A stretch of DNA of 62,204 nt, counting the filler, from Nemertoderma westbladi (taxonomy: Eukaryota; Animalia; Xenacoelomorpha), in the NCBI GenBank assembly GCA_032718475.1. It is 3 parts of 3 records of this genome, joined end to end, with 100 filler letters (N's around TTAATTAATTAA, not from the genome) between each part and the next. Parts side by side here need not be neighbours in the genome. Positions count along the whole stretch, not along the records: positions 30,498 to 57,889 come from JAUCBJ010003182.1; 2 more parts are not named here. One strand, written 5' to 3'. Shown one piece after another: positions 33,708 to 48,100 of this stretch (its first letter is position 1; every line of letters begins with the position of its first letter). Below the pieces are notes generated by a model, which worked only from the letters and a program-made list of their open reading frames with translations, ran no database searches and was not told where the DNA came from. The position numbers and the translations under genes were made by a program.

Positions 33708-36700
33708 TCGCTACTACGGTATACCTACGGTAAACACTTGAAACAAGTGATTCCTGCTTAATGGTGGTTCACTGTCTTGGCTCTTTTGGTCGCTACTATG
33801 GTATACCTACGGTAAACACTTGAAACAAGTGATTCCTGCTTAATGGTGGTTCACTGTCTTGGCTCTTTTGGTCGCTACTATGGTATACCTACGGTAAACA
33901 CTAGAAACAAGTGATTCCTGCTTAATGGTGGTTCACTGTCTTGGCTCTTTTGGTCGCTACTACGGTATACCTACGGTAAACACTTGAAACAAGTGATTCC
34001 TGCTTAATGGTGGTTCACTGTCTTGGCTCTTTTGGTCGCTACTATGGTATACCTACGGTAAACACTAGAAACAAGTGATTCCTGCTTAATGGTGGTTCAC
34101 TGTCTTGGCTCTTTTGGTCGTTACTACGGTATACCTACGGTAAACACTTGTAACAAGTGAGTCCTGCTTAATGGTGGTTCACTGTCTTGGCTCTTTTCGT
34201 CGTTACTATGGTATACCTACGGTAAACACTAGAAACAAGTTATTCCTGCTTAATGGTGGTTCACTGTCTTGGCTCTTTTGGTCGTTACTACGGTATACCT
34301 ACGGTAAACACATGAAACAGTTGATTCCTGCTTAATGGTGGTTCACTGTCTTGGCTGTTTTGGTCGCTACTATGGTATACCTACGGTAAACACTTGTAAC
34401 AAGTGATTCCTGCTTAATGGTGGTTCACTGTCTTGGCTCTTTTGGTCGCTACTACGGTATACCTACGGTAAACACTTGAAACAAGTGATTCCTGCTTAAT
34501 GGTGGTTCACTATCTTGGCTCTTTCGGTCGCTACTACGGTATACCTACGGTAAACACATGAAACAGTTGATTCCTGCTTAATGGTGGTTCACTGTCTTGG
34601 TTCTTTTGGTCGCTACTACGGTATACCTACGGTAAACACATGAAACAGTTGATTCCTGCTTAATGGTGGTTCACTGTCATGGTTCTTTTGGTCGCTACTA
34701 CGGTATACCTACGGTAAACACTAGAAACAAATTATTCCTGCTTAATGGTGATTCACTGTCTTGGCTCTTTTGGTCGCTACTACAGTATACCTACGGTAAA
34801 CACTTGAAACAAGTGATTCCTGCTTAATGGTGGTTCACTGTCTTGGTTCTTCTGGTCGTTACTACGGTATACCTACGGTAAACACTAGAAACAAGTGATT
34901 CCTGCTTAATGGTGGTTCACTGTCTTGGTTCTTTTGGTCGCTACTGTGGTATACCTACGGTAAACACTTGAAACAAGTTATTCCTGCTTAATGGTGGTTC
35001 ACTGTCTTGGCTCTTTTGGTCGCTACTACGGTATACCTACGGTAAACACTTGTAACAAGTGATTCCTGCTTAATGGTGGTTCACTGTCTTGGCTCTTTTG
35101 GTCGCTACTACGGTATACCTACGGTAAACACTTGAAACAAGTGATTCCTGCTTAATGGTGGTTCACTGTCTTGGTTCTTTTGGTCGCTACTGTGGTATAC
35201 CTACGGTAAACACTTGAAACAAGTTATTCCTGCTTAATGGTGGTTCACTGTCTTGGCTCTTTTGGTCGCTACTACGGTATACCTACGGTAAACACTTGTA
35301 ACAAGTGATTCCTGCTTAATGGTGGTTCACTGTCTTGGCTCTTTTGGTCGCTACTATGGTATACCTACGGTAAACACTTGTAACAAGTGATTCCTGCTTA
35401 ATGGTGGTTCACTGTCTTGGCTCTTTTGGTCGCTACTACGGTATACCTACGGTAAACACTTGAAACAAGTGATTCCTGCTTAATGGTGGTTCACTGTCTT
35501 GGCTCTTTTGGTCGCTACTACGGTATACCTACGGTAAACACTTGTAACAAGTGATTCCTGCTTAATGGTGGTTCACTGTCTTGGCTCCTTTGGTCGCTAC
35601 TACGGTATACCTACGGTAAACACTTGAAACAAGTGATTCCTGCTTAATGGTGGTTCACTGTCTTGGCTCTTTCGGTCGCTACTACGGTATACCTACGGTA
35701 AACACTTGTAACAAGTGATTCCTGCTTAATGGTGGTTCACTGTCTTGGCTCTTTCGGTCGCTACTACGGTATACCTACGATAAACACTTGAAACAAGTGA
35801 TTCCTGCTTAATGGTGGTTCACTGTCTTAGCTCTTTCGGTCGCTACTATGGTATACCTACGGTAAACACTTGTAACAAGTGATTCCTGCTTAATGGTGGT
35901 TCACTGTCTTGGCTCTTTCGGTCGCTACTACGGTATACCTACGATAAACACTTGAAACAAGTGATTCCTGCTTAATGGTGGTTCACTGTCTTGGCTCTTT
36001 CGGTCGCTACTATGGTATACCTACGGTAAACACTAGAAACAAGTTATTCCTGCTTAATGGTGGTTCACTGTCTTGGCTCTTTCGGTCGCTACTACAGTAT
36101 ACCTACGGTAAACACTTGTAACAAGTGATTCCTGCTTAATGGTGGTTCACAATCTTGGCTCTTTTGGTCGCATCTACGGTATCCCTACGGTAAACACTTG
36201 AAACAAGTTATTCCTGCTTAATGGTGGTTCACTGTCTTGGCTCTTTCGGTCGCTACTACGGTATACCTACGGTAAACACTTGAAACAAGTTATTCCTGCT
36301 TAATGGTGGTTCACTGTCTTGGCTCTTTCGGTCGCTACTACGGTATACCTACGGTAAACAATTGAATTGCAATTGTGCTGGATTACGCAATGAGGACGGC
36401 CACAAAGGGTGAAGATCTGGGATTCACACTTCAAGAACGCAGAAGTAGTAGATATCCGGCAACTACAGTCACAGACACCGACTTTGCGGATGACATCGCC
36501 CTGCTCTCTAATACCCTAGCACATGCACAGCTTCTACTAAATAAAGTGGAGAGGGCTGCTAAGGAGGTTGGATTGCATATAAATGCTACAAAGACCGAAT
36601 TCATGACCTTTAATGTTGATGGAAACTTGACAACCATTGATAATAATCAACTAAGGAAGGTCGATGACTTCCAGTACCTTGGATCATGGATAGAGAGTAG

Positions 36701-37728
36701 CAAAAAGGACATAGAAGTTAGGAAAGCAAAGGCTTGGGTAGCTCTATCAAAAATGGATACCATCTGGAAATCAGATCACTCCAGGCACCTGAAGACTAAG
36801 TTCTTTCGAGCCACAGTGGAAAGTGTATTTTTATATGGGGGTGAGACCTGGACACTGACTAAATCACTTGAACAACGAATTGATGGTTGCTACACAAGAC
36901 TACTAAGGGCAGCCCTACACATCAGCTGGAGACAACACATGACAAACGCCGAGCTTTATGGTACAATACCACCTGTATCAACCACCCTCCATGAACGCAG
37001 ATTAAGATTCAGTGGGCACTGCTGGCGAAGTAAAGACGAGGTCATACCAGATCTACTTTTCTGGCAAGCAACTCATGAAAAGCGTAGTCGTGGACGACCG
37101 GCCATAACATATATAGATCAACTTGAAAGGGATACTGAACTTAGGAGAAACGAAATTGCGACAACTATGGAGAATCGGGAAGCCTGGAAGGATCTCATTT
37201 CCACTGTCCGAGTTCGCTCGACCTAGTAGTAGTAGTAGTAGTAAACAATTGAAACAAGTGATTCCTGCTTAATGGTGGTTCACTGTCTTGGCTCTTTTGG
37301 TCGCTACTACGGTGTACCTACGGTAAACACTTGAAACAAGTGATTCCTGCTTAATGGTGGTTCACTGTCTTGGCTCTTTTGGTCGCTACTACGGTATACC
37401 TACGGTAAACACTTGAAACAAGTGATTCCTGCTTAATGGTGGTTCACTGTCTTGGCTCTTTTGGTCGCTACTACGGTATACCTACGGTAAACACTAGAAA
37501 CAGTTGATTCCTGCTTAATGGTGGTTCACTGTCATGGTTCTTTTGGTCGCTACTACGGTATACCTACGGTAAACACTAGAAACAAGCTATTCCTGCTTAA
37601 TGGTGGTTCACTGTCTTGGTTCTTTTGGTCGCTACTGTGGTATACCTACGGTAAACACTAGAAACAACTTATTCCTGCTTAATGGTGGTTCGCTGTCTTG
37701 GCTCTTTTGGTCGCTACTACGGTATACC
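33708..37728. repeat. 82-bp satellite (left arm), interrupted by an RTE
   Basis: Unit GTCGCTACTACGGTATACCTACGGTAAACACTTGAAACAAGTGATTCCTGCTTAATGGTGGTTCACTGTCTTGGCTCTTTTG. Confidence 0.97.
36367..37240 (+). mobile_element. 5'-truncated RTE-clade LINE (RT C-terminal half, ORF 36375-37226) inserted in the 82-bp satellite
   Basis: DFADDIALL, GLHINATKT, FQYLGS, RRLRFSGHCWR, RSRGRP. (TAG)n tail starts at the stop codon. 13-bp TSD GTAAACAATTGAA at 36354-36366 and 37241-37253. Confidence 0.93.
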
Positions 37729-37998
37729 TTTTCGGAAATCTCCTTGGAAAAAACATATTTCCGGTAAACTGACATCCCTAGTCGCTGTCGCTTGAAAGTA
37801 GTTATTTTTTAATTTTAAGCCCAAAAATATCATTTTTACACTGTAACTTCAAAAGTTTGTGTGATATTTATATATTTATTGTTATAGTGATATTTATTGT
37901 TGCGATCTTTAAAAGATTTCACCTACTTTCCCCATATATATTTGTTCTAATAAAACTTCTACCGCTTAAAAATTCATTGACGAGGTCAAATAATGTGG

Positions 37999-40900
37999 AC
38001 TCCTGCATCAAATGGCAACTCGATTTTTACCACAGTCCCCGTGTTTTAACTCCTGCATCAAATGGCAACTCGATTTTGACCACAGTCCCCGTGTTTTAAC
38101 TCCTGCATCAAATGGCAACTCGATTTTGACCACAGTCCCCGTGTTGTAACTCCTGCATCAAATGGTAACTCGATTTTGACCACAGTCCCCGTGTTTTAAC
38201 TCCTGCATCAAATGGCAACTCGATTTTGACCACAGTCCCCGTGTTGTAACTCCTGCATCAAATGGCAACTCGATTTTGACCACAGTCCCCGTGTTTTAAC
38301 TCCTGCATCAAATGGCAACTCGATTTTGACCACAGTCGCCGTGTTTTAACTCCTGCCTCAAATGGCAACTCGATTTTGACCACAGTCCCCGTGTTTTAAC
38401 TCCTGCATAAAATGGCATCTCGATTTTGATCACAATCCCCGTGTTTTAACTCCTGCATCAAATGGCAACTCGATTTTGACCACAGTCCCCGTGTTTTAAC
38501 TCCTGCATAAAATGGCATCTCGATTTTGACCACAATCCCCGTGTTTTAACTCCTGCATCAAATGGCAACTCGATTTTGACCGCAGTCCCCGTCCCGTGTT
38601 TTAACTCCTGCATAAAATGGCAATTCGATTTTGATTACAGTCCCCGTGTTTTAACTCCTGCATCAAATGGTAACTCGATTTTGACCACAGTCGCCGTGTT
38701 TTAACTCCTGCATCAAATGGCAAATCGATTTTGACCACAATCCCCGTGTTTTAACTCCTGCATCAAATGGCAAATCGATTTTGACCACAATCCCCGTGTT
38801 TTAACTCCTGCATCAAATGGCACTCGATTTTGACCACAGACCCGTGTTTTAACTCCTGCATCAAATGGCAACTCGATTTTGACCACAGTCGCCGTGTTTT
38901 AACTCCTGCCTCAAATGGCAACTCGATTTTGACCACAGTCCCCGTGTTTTAACTCCTGCATCAAATGGCACTCGATTTTGACCACAGACCCGTGTTTTAA
39001 CTCCTGCATCAAATGGCAACTCGATTTTGACCACAGTCGCCGTGTTTTAACTCCTGCCTCAAATGGCAACTCGATTTTGACCACAGTCCCCGTGTTTTAA
39101 CTCCTGCATAAAATGGCATCTCGATTTTGATCACAATCCCCGTGTTTTAACTCCTGCATCAAATGGCAACTCGATTTTGACCACAGTCCCCGTGTTTTAA
39201 CTCCTGCATAAAATGGCATCTCGATTTTGACCACAATCCCCGTGTTTTAACTCCTGCATCAAATGGCAACTCGATTTTGACCGCAGTCCCCGTGTTTTAA
39301 CTCCTGCATAAAATGGCAATTCGATTTTTATTACAGGCCCCGTGTTTTAACTCCTGCATCAAATGGTAACTCGATTTTGACCACAGTCGCCGTGTTTTAA
39401 CTCCTGCATCAAATGGCAAATCGATTTTGACCACAATCCCCGTGTTTTAACTCCTGCATCAAATGGCAAATCGATTTTGACCACAATCCCCGTGTTTTAA
39501 CTCCTGCATCAAATGGCACTCGATTTTGACCACAGACCCGTGTTTTAACTCCTCATCAAATGGCAAATCGATTTTGACCACAATCCCCGTGTTTTAACTC
39601 CTGCGTCAAATGGTAACTCGATTTTGACCACAGTCCCCGTGTTTTAACTCCTGCATCAAATGGCAAATCGATTTTGACCACAATCCCCGTGTTTTAACTC
39701 CACAGTCCCCGTGTTTTAACTCCTGCATCAAATGGCAACTCGATTTTGACCACAGTCCCCGTGTTTTAACTCCTGCATCAAATGGCAACTCGATTTTGAC
39801 CACAGTCCCCGTGTTGTAACTCCTGCATCAAATGGTAACTCGATTTTGACCACAGTCCCCGTGTTTTAACTCCTGCATCAAATGGCAACTCGATTTTGAC
39901 CACAGTCCCCGTGTTGTAACTCCTGCATCAAATGGCAACTCGATTTTGACCACAGTCCCCGTGTTTTAACTCCTGCATCAAATGGCAACTCGATTTTGAC
40001 CACAGTCGCCGTGTTTTAACTCCTGCCTCAAATGGCAACTCGATTTTGACCACAGTCCCCGTGTTTTAACTCCTGCATAAAATGGCATCTCGATTTTGAT
40101 CACAATCCCCGTGTTTTAACTCCTGCATCAAATGGCAACTCGATTTTGACCACAGTCCCCGTGTTTTAACTCCTGCATAAAATGGCATCTCGATTTTGAC
40201 CACAATCCCCGTGTTTTAACTCCTGCATCAAATGGCAACTCGATTTTGACCGCAGTCCCCGTCCCGTGTTTTAACTCCTGCATAAAATGGCAATTCGATT
40301 TTGATTACAGTCCCCGTGTTTTAACTCCTGCATCAAATGGTAACTCGATTTTGACCACAGTCGCCGTGTTTTAACTCCTGCATCAAATGGCAAATCGATT
40401 TTGACCACAATCCCCGTGTTTTAACTCCTGCATCAAATGGCAAATCGATTTTGACCACAATCCCCGTGTTTTAACTCCTGCATCAAATGGCACTCGATTT
40501 TGACCACAGACCCGTGTTTTAACTCCTGCATCAAATGGCAACTCGATTTTGACCACAGTCGCCGTGTTTTAACTCCTGCCTCAAATGGCAACTCGATTTT
40601 GACCACAGTCCCCGTGTTTTAACTCCTGCATCAAATGGCACTCGATTTTGACCACAGACCCGTGTTTTAACTCCTGCATCAAATGGCAACTCGATTTTGA
40701 CCACAGTCGCCGTGTTTTAACTCCTGCCTCAAATGGCAACTCGATTTTGACCACAGTCCCCGTGTTTTAACTCCTGCATAAAATGGCATCTCGATTTTGA
40801 TCACAATCCCCGTGTTTTAACTCCTGCATCAAATGGCAACTCGATTTTGACCACAGTCCCCGTGTTTTAACTCCTGCATAAAATGGCATCTCGATTTTGA

Positions 40901-43152
40901 CCACAATCCCCGTGTTTTAACTCCTGCATCAAATGGCAACTCGATTTTGACCGCAGTCCCCGTGTTTTAACTCCTGCATAAAATGGCAATTCGATTTTGA
41001 TTACAGGCCCCGTGTTTTAACTCCTGCATCAAATGGTAACTCGATTTTGACCACAGTCGCCGTGTTTTAACTCCTGCATCAAATGGCAAATCGATTTTGA
41101 CCACAATCCCCGTGTTTTAACTCCTGCATCAAATGGCAAATCGATTTTGACCACAATCCCCGTGTTTTAACTCCTGCATCAAATGGCACTCGATTTTGAC
41201 CACAGACCCGTGTTTTAACTCCTCATCAAATGGCAAATCGATTTTGACCACAATCCCCGTGTTTTAACTCCTGCGTCAAATGGTAACTCGATTTTGACCA
41301 CAGTCCCCGTGTTTTAACTCCTGCATCAAATGGCAAATCGATTTTGACCACAATCCCCGTGTTTTAACTCCTGCGTCAAATGGTAACTCGATTTTGACCA
41401 CAGTCCCCGTGTTTTAACTCCTGCATCAAATGGCACTCGATTTTGACCACAGACCCGTGTTTTAAATCTTGCATCAAATGGCAACTCAATTTTGACCACA
41501 GTCCCCGTGTTTTAACTACTGCATCAAATGGTAACTTGATTTTGACCACAATCCCCGTGTTATAACTCCTGCATCAAATGGCAACTCGATTTTGACCACA
41601 GTCCCCGTGTTTTAACTCATGCATCAAATGGCAACTCGATTTTGACCACAGTCCCCGTGTTTTAACTCCCGCATAAAATAGCAACACGATTTTGACCACA
41701 ATCCCCGTGTTTTAACTCCTGCATCAAATGGCAACTCGATTTTGACCGCAGTCCCCGTGTTTTAACTCCTGCATCAAATGGCAACTCGATTTTGACCGCA
41801 GTCCCCGTGTTTTAACTCCTGCATCAAATGGCAACTCGATTTTGACCACAGTCGCCGTGTTTTAACTCCTGCCTCAAATGGCAACTCGATTTTGACCACA
41901 GTCGCCGTGTTTTAACTCCTGCCTCAAATGGCAACTCGATTTTGACCACAGTCCCCGTGTTTTAACTCCTGCATCAAATGGCACTCGATTTTGACCACAG
42001 ACCCGTGTTTTAACTCCTGCATCAAATGGCAACTCGATTTTGACCACAGTCGCCGTGTTTTAACTCCTGCCTCAAATGGCAACTCGATTTTGACCACAGT
42101 CCCCGTGTTTTAACTCCTGCATAAAATGGCATCTCGATTTTGATCACAATCCCCGTGTTTTAACTCCTGCATCAAATGGCAACTCGATTTTGACCACAGT
42201 CACCGTGTTTTAACTCCTGCATAAAATGGCATCTCGATTTTGACCACAATCCCCGTGTTTTAACTCCTGCATCAAATGGCAACTCGATTTTGACCGCAGT
42301 CCCCGTGTTTTAACTCCTGCATAAAATGGCAATTCGATTTTGATTACAGTCCCCGTGTTTTAACTCCTGCATCAAATGGTAACTCGATTTTGACCACAGT
42401 CGCCGTGTTTTAACTCCTGCATCAAATGGCAAATCGATTTTGACCACAATCCCCGTGTTTTAACTCCTGCATCGATTTTGACCACAATCCCCGTGTTTTA
42501 ACTCCTGCACCAAATGGCACTCGATTTTGACCACAGACCCGTGTTTTAACTCCTGCATCAAATGGCAAATCGATTTTGACCACAATCCCCGTGTTTTAAC
42601 TCCTGCGTCAAATGGTAACTCGATTTTGACCACAGTCCCCGTGTTTTAACTCCTGCATCAAATGGCAAATCGATTTTGACCACAATCCCCGTGTTTTAAC
42701 TCCTGCGTCAAATGGTAACTCGATTTTGACCACAGTCCCCGTGTTTTAACTCCTGCATCAAATGGCACTCGATTTTGACCACAGACCCGTGTTTTAAATC
42801 TTGCATCAAATGGCAACTCAATTTTGACCACAGTCCCCGTGTTTTAACTACTGCATCAAATGGTAACTTGATTTTGACCACAATCCCCGTGTTATAACTC
42901 CTGCATCAAATGGCAACTCGATTTTGACAACAGTCCCCGTGTTTTAACTCATGCATCAAATGGCAACTCGATTTTGACCGCAGTCCCCGTGTTTTAACTC
43001 CTGCATCAAATGGCAACTCGATTTTGACCGCAGTCCCCGTGTTTTAACTCCCGCATAAAATAGCAACACGATTTTGACCACAATCCCCGTGTTTTAACTC
43101 CTGCATCAAATGGCAACTCGATTTTGACCGCAGTCCCCGTGTTTTAACTCCA
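37999..43152. repeat. 50-bp satellite (left arm), ~100 copies with higher-order structure
   Basis: Unit GTGTTTTAACTCCTGCATCAAATGGCAACTCGATTTTGACCACAGTCCCC. Confidence 0.97.
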
Positions 43153-45110
43153 ATGCAACCAATTCCACTGCAAAATCCTCTGATATAAATCACCAATGCA
43201 ACCATTCTCCGCATCAAATGCTACTCGATATAAACCAATCACCCCATTCCAATCAAAATCAACCTCATATAAAACCAATCACCCATTCCACTCAAAATCC
43301 CCTACTATAAACCAATCACCCATTCCCATCAAAATCCCCTATATAAAACCCGAATCACCCCACTCCCCTCAAAATCCCCATCATAAAACCCAATCACCAT
43401 CTCGCATCAAATCCACTCTACTATAAACCCAATCACCCATTCCCATCAAAATGCACTCTATATAAAACCCAATCACCCATTCCACTCAAAATCCCCTATA
43501 TAAAACCAATCACCCATTCCATCAAATCCTCTACTCTATAAAACCAATCACCCACTCCCCTCAAAATCCCCCATATAAATCCAATCAACCCCATTACCCA
43601 TCAAAATCCCCCACTATAAAACCAATCACCCCATTCCCCCTCAAATCCCCTAAACCAACCATAACCACCATATATCCAACACTAATTCCCCCCCCCACCA
43701 CCCACACCCCCACCCCATTATCTCATCCCCCTACCACCCCCCACCTCTCCCACCCCCTCCCACCCCATCTTACCACCCCCAAATCACACCCACCCCATCC
43801 CCACCCCCCTTCCACCCCACCTCCCACCCCACCACCCCATCCCCACCCCATCTACCCCTACACCCCAACCCCACTATCAACCCCCTACACCACCCCACCT
43901 AAACTACTTCCATACCACCAACCCACCCCAACTCACACCAACCAAACTACCACACTCCATATAACAACACCCATTACAAACCCCTTCACCCCATCCCTAC
44001 CACCCCTCCAAAACCCACCTACCCCTCACCTCCCCATCCCCACCCACCACTCACATTCAACACCTCCCCACTTATCCAATCTAACACCTCCCTAACCCAC
44101 CAACCTACACATCTAATCACCCATAACAACACAAAAACACACTAATAATAATAATCTCTCTCACCTCCTATTACACCCCTCCTCTACACACTCCCTAACC
44201 CCTACTCTCCCTCCATTACCTAACATCACATCCTAACCCTATTCTTTATTTCAATTAATAATTATAACACAAACCTACAATTCTTCCCCCTCATTACAAC
44301 CTACAAATTCAACATCTCCCTCACCTCCCCATAACCACCCATTCCCCTTAACTATCCTACCCCCCCAAACAACAACATCTACACTCAAACCCCCTAAACT
44401 ACATACACAATCATCCACCCTCTAAATTTTATAACAATATATCCCACCTCTAAATTTTATACATACAATATATCACCCTCTAAACATTATACACAATTCA
44501 ATTCTCTAAACACATTACTCTCAATATTCCATTTTCTAAACACATTCCTCTCAATATATATCCACCATCTCACATTTATACACAATATATCAACCTCTAA
44601 ATTTTAGTACATACAATAAACCAACACTCTAAATTTTATACATATATACAACAAATAAATAAATCTCCTCACACCATCCTCCAAACACCCCCAATCCAAC
44701 CCATATTACCCCACTATAATCCAAAACATCGTCTAACCCCCCTTTTCAATATTACCCCCACTCTAACCCAAATCATCCGTCTAACCCCCCTTTGCAATAT
44801 TACCCCACTATAATCACATAACATCCTTCTAACCCCCCTCCTTCATCGTACCCACACTCTAATCAATCATCGTCTAACACCCGCCTGTTCCAAGATTACC
44901 CACCATCTAATCAAATCAGCCGTCTAAACCCCGACCTTTTCATCTGACCCCATCGTAATCAAATCATGCTTGATAACCCCTACACGGAACCCATGCTAAT
45001 CAAAGCATGCGGCGTACCACCCTGTGCATGAGTACCACACTAGAATAACATGGCTAACACCACGTTGCATAGTCACCCATCGAGTATCCAAATGAGCGAG
45101 ATAACCACCC
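43153..45110. other. Low-quality, G-depleted centre of the inverted repeat (probable base-calling or consensus artefact)
   Basis: The 50-bp satellite decays gradually into C/A/T-only sequence with essentially no G from ~43460 to ~44600, then recovers gradually in the opposite orientation. Confidence 0.8.
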
Positions 45111-48100
45111 CGGGGACAGTGGTCAAAATCGTGTTGCTATTTGATGCGGGAGTTAAAACACGGGGACTGTGGTCAAAATCGAGTTGCCATTTGATGCAGG
45201 AGTTAAAACACGGGGACTGCGGTCAAAATCGAGTTGCCATTTGATGCAGGAGTTAAAACACGGGGACTGCGGTCAAAATCGAGTTGCCATTTGATGCAGG
45301 AGTTAAAACACGGGGACTGCGGTCAAAATCGAGTTGCCATTTGATGCAGGAGTTAAAACACGGGGATTGTGGTCAAAATCGTGTTGCTATTTTATGCGGG
45401 AGTTAAAACACGGGGACTGTGGTCAAAATCGAGTTGCCATTTGATGCATGAGTTAAAACACGGGGACTGTGGTCAAAATCGAGTTGCCATTTGATGCAGG
45501 AGTTATAACACGGGGATTGTGGTCAAAATCAAGTTACCATTTGATGCAGTAGTTAAAACACGGGGACTGTGGTCAAAATTGAGTTGCCATTTGATGCATG
45601 ATTTAAAACACGGGTCTGTGGTCAAAATCGAGTGCCATTTGATGCAGGAGTTAAAACACGGGGACTGTGGTCAAAATCGAGTTGCCATTTGACGCAGGAG
45701 TTAAAACACGGGGACTGTGGTCAAAATCGATTTGCCATTTGATGCAGGAGTTAAAACACGGGGTCTGTGGTCAAAATCGAGTGACCATTTGGCGCAGGAG
45801 TTAAAACACGGGGATTGTGGTCAAAATCGATTTGCCATTTGATGCAGGAGTTAAAACACGGGGATTGTGGTCAAAATCGATTTGCCATTTGATGCAGGAG
45901 TTAAAACACGGGGATTGTGGTCAAAATCGATTTGCCATTTGATGCAGGAGTTAAAACACGGCGACTGTGGTCAAAATCGAGTTACCATTTGATGCAGGAG
46001 TTAAAACACGGGGACTGTAATCAAAATCGAGTTGCCATTTGATGCAGGAGTTAAAACACGGGGATTGTGGTCAAAATCGAGTTGCCATTTGATGCAGGAG
46101 TTAAAACACGGGGATTGTGGTCAAAATCGAGATGCCATTTTATGCAGGAGTTAAAACACGGTGACTGTGGTCAAAATCGAGTTGCCATTTGATGCAGGAG
46201 TTAAAACACGGGGATTGTGATCAAAATCGAGATGCCATTTTATGCAGGAGTTAAAACAAGGGGACTGTGGTCAAAATCGAGTTGCCATTTGAGGCAGGAG
46301 TTAAAACACGGCGACTGTGGTCAAAATCGAGTTGCCATTTGATGCAGGAGTTAAAACACGGGTCTGTGGTCAAAATCGAGTGCCATTTGATGCAGGAGTT
46401 AAAACACGGGGACTGTGGTCAAAATCGAGTTGCCATTTGAGGCAGGAGTTAAAACACGGCGACTGTGGTCAAAATCGAGTTGCCATTTGAGGCAGGAGTT
46501 AAAACACGGCGACTGTGGTCAAAATCGAGTTGCCATTTGATGCAGGAGTTAAAACACGGGGACTGCGGTCAAAATCGAGTTGCCATTTGATGCAGGAGTT
46601 AAAACACGGGGACTGCGGTCAAAATCGAGTTGCCATTTGATGCAGGAGTTAAAACACGGGGATTGTGGTCAAAATCGTGTTGCTATTTTATGCGGGAGTT
46701 AAAACACGGGGACTGTGGTCAAAATCGAGTTGCCATTTGATGCATGAGTTAAAACACGGGGACTGTGGTCAAAATCGAGTTGCCATTTGATGCAGGAGTT
46801 ATAACACGGGGATTGTGGTCAAAATCAAGTTACCATTTGATGCAGTAGTTAAAACACGGGGACTGTGGTCAAAATTGAGTTGCCATTTGATGCAAGATTT
46901 AAAACACGGGTCTGTGGTCAAAATCGAGTGCCATTTGATGCAGGAGTTAAAACACGGGGACTGTGGTCAAAATCGAGTTACCATTTGACGCAGGAGTTAA
47001 AACACGGGGATTGTGGTCAAAATCGATTTGCCATTTGATGCAGGAGTTAAAACACGGGGACTGTGGTCAAAATCGAGTTACCATTTGACGCAGGAGTTAA
47101 AACACGGGGATTGTGGTCAAAATCGATTTGCCATTTGATGCAGGAGTTAAAACACGGGTCTGTGGTCAAAATCGAGTGCCATTTGATGCAGGAGTTAAAA
47201 CACGGGGATTGTGGTCAAAATCGATTTGCCATTTGATGCAGGAGTTAAAACACGGGGATTGTGGTCAAAATCGATTTGCCATTTGATGCAGGAGTTAAAA
47301 CACGGCGACTGTGGTCAAAATCGAGTTACCATTTGATGCAGGAGTTAAAACACGGGGACTGTAATCAAAATCGAATTGCCATTTTATGCAGGAGTTAAAA
47401 CACGGGGACTGCGGTCAAAATCGAGTTGCCATTTGATGCAGGAGTTAAAACACGGGGATTGTGGTCAAAATCGAGATGCCATTTTATGCAGGAGTTAAAA
47501 CACGGGGACTGTGGTCAAAATCGAGTTGCCATTTGATGCAGGAGTTAAAACACGGGGATTGTGATCAAAATCGAGATGCCATTTTATGCAGGAGTTAAAA
47601 CACGAGGACTGTGGTCAAAATCGAGTTGCCATTTGAGGCAGGAGTTAAAACACGGCGACTGTGGTCAAAATCGAATTGCCATTTGATGCAGGAGTTAAAA
47701 CACGGGTCTGTGGTCAAAATCGAGTGCCATTTGATGCAGGAGTTAAAACACGGGGACTGTGGTCAAAATCGAGTTGCCATTTGAGGCAGGAGTTAAAACA
47801 CGGTGACTGTGGTCAAAATCGAGTTGCCATTTGATGCAGGAGTTAAAACACGGGTCTGTGGTCAAAATCGAGTGCCATTTGATGCAGGAGTTAAAACACG
47901 GGGATTGTGGTCAAAATCGATTTGCCATTTGATGCAGGAGTTAAAACACGGGGATTGTGGTCAAAATCGATTTGCCATTTGATGCAGGAGTTAAAACACG
48001 GCGACTGTGGTCAAAATCGAGTTACCATTTGATGCAGGAGTTAAAACACGGGGACTGTAATCAAAATCGAATTGCCATTTTATGCAGGAGTTAAAACACG

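Noticed and set aside
43300-44700. C-rich centre as telomeric or deaminated DNA
   Set aside because: No fixed telomere unit; the graded decay with indels fits base-calling failure better than directional mutation.
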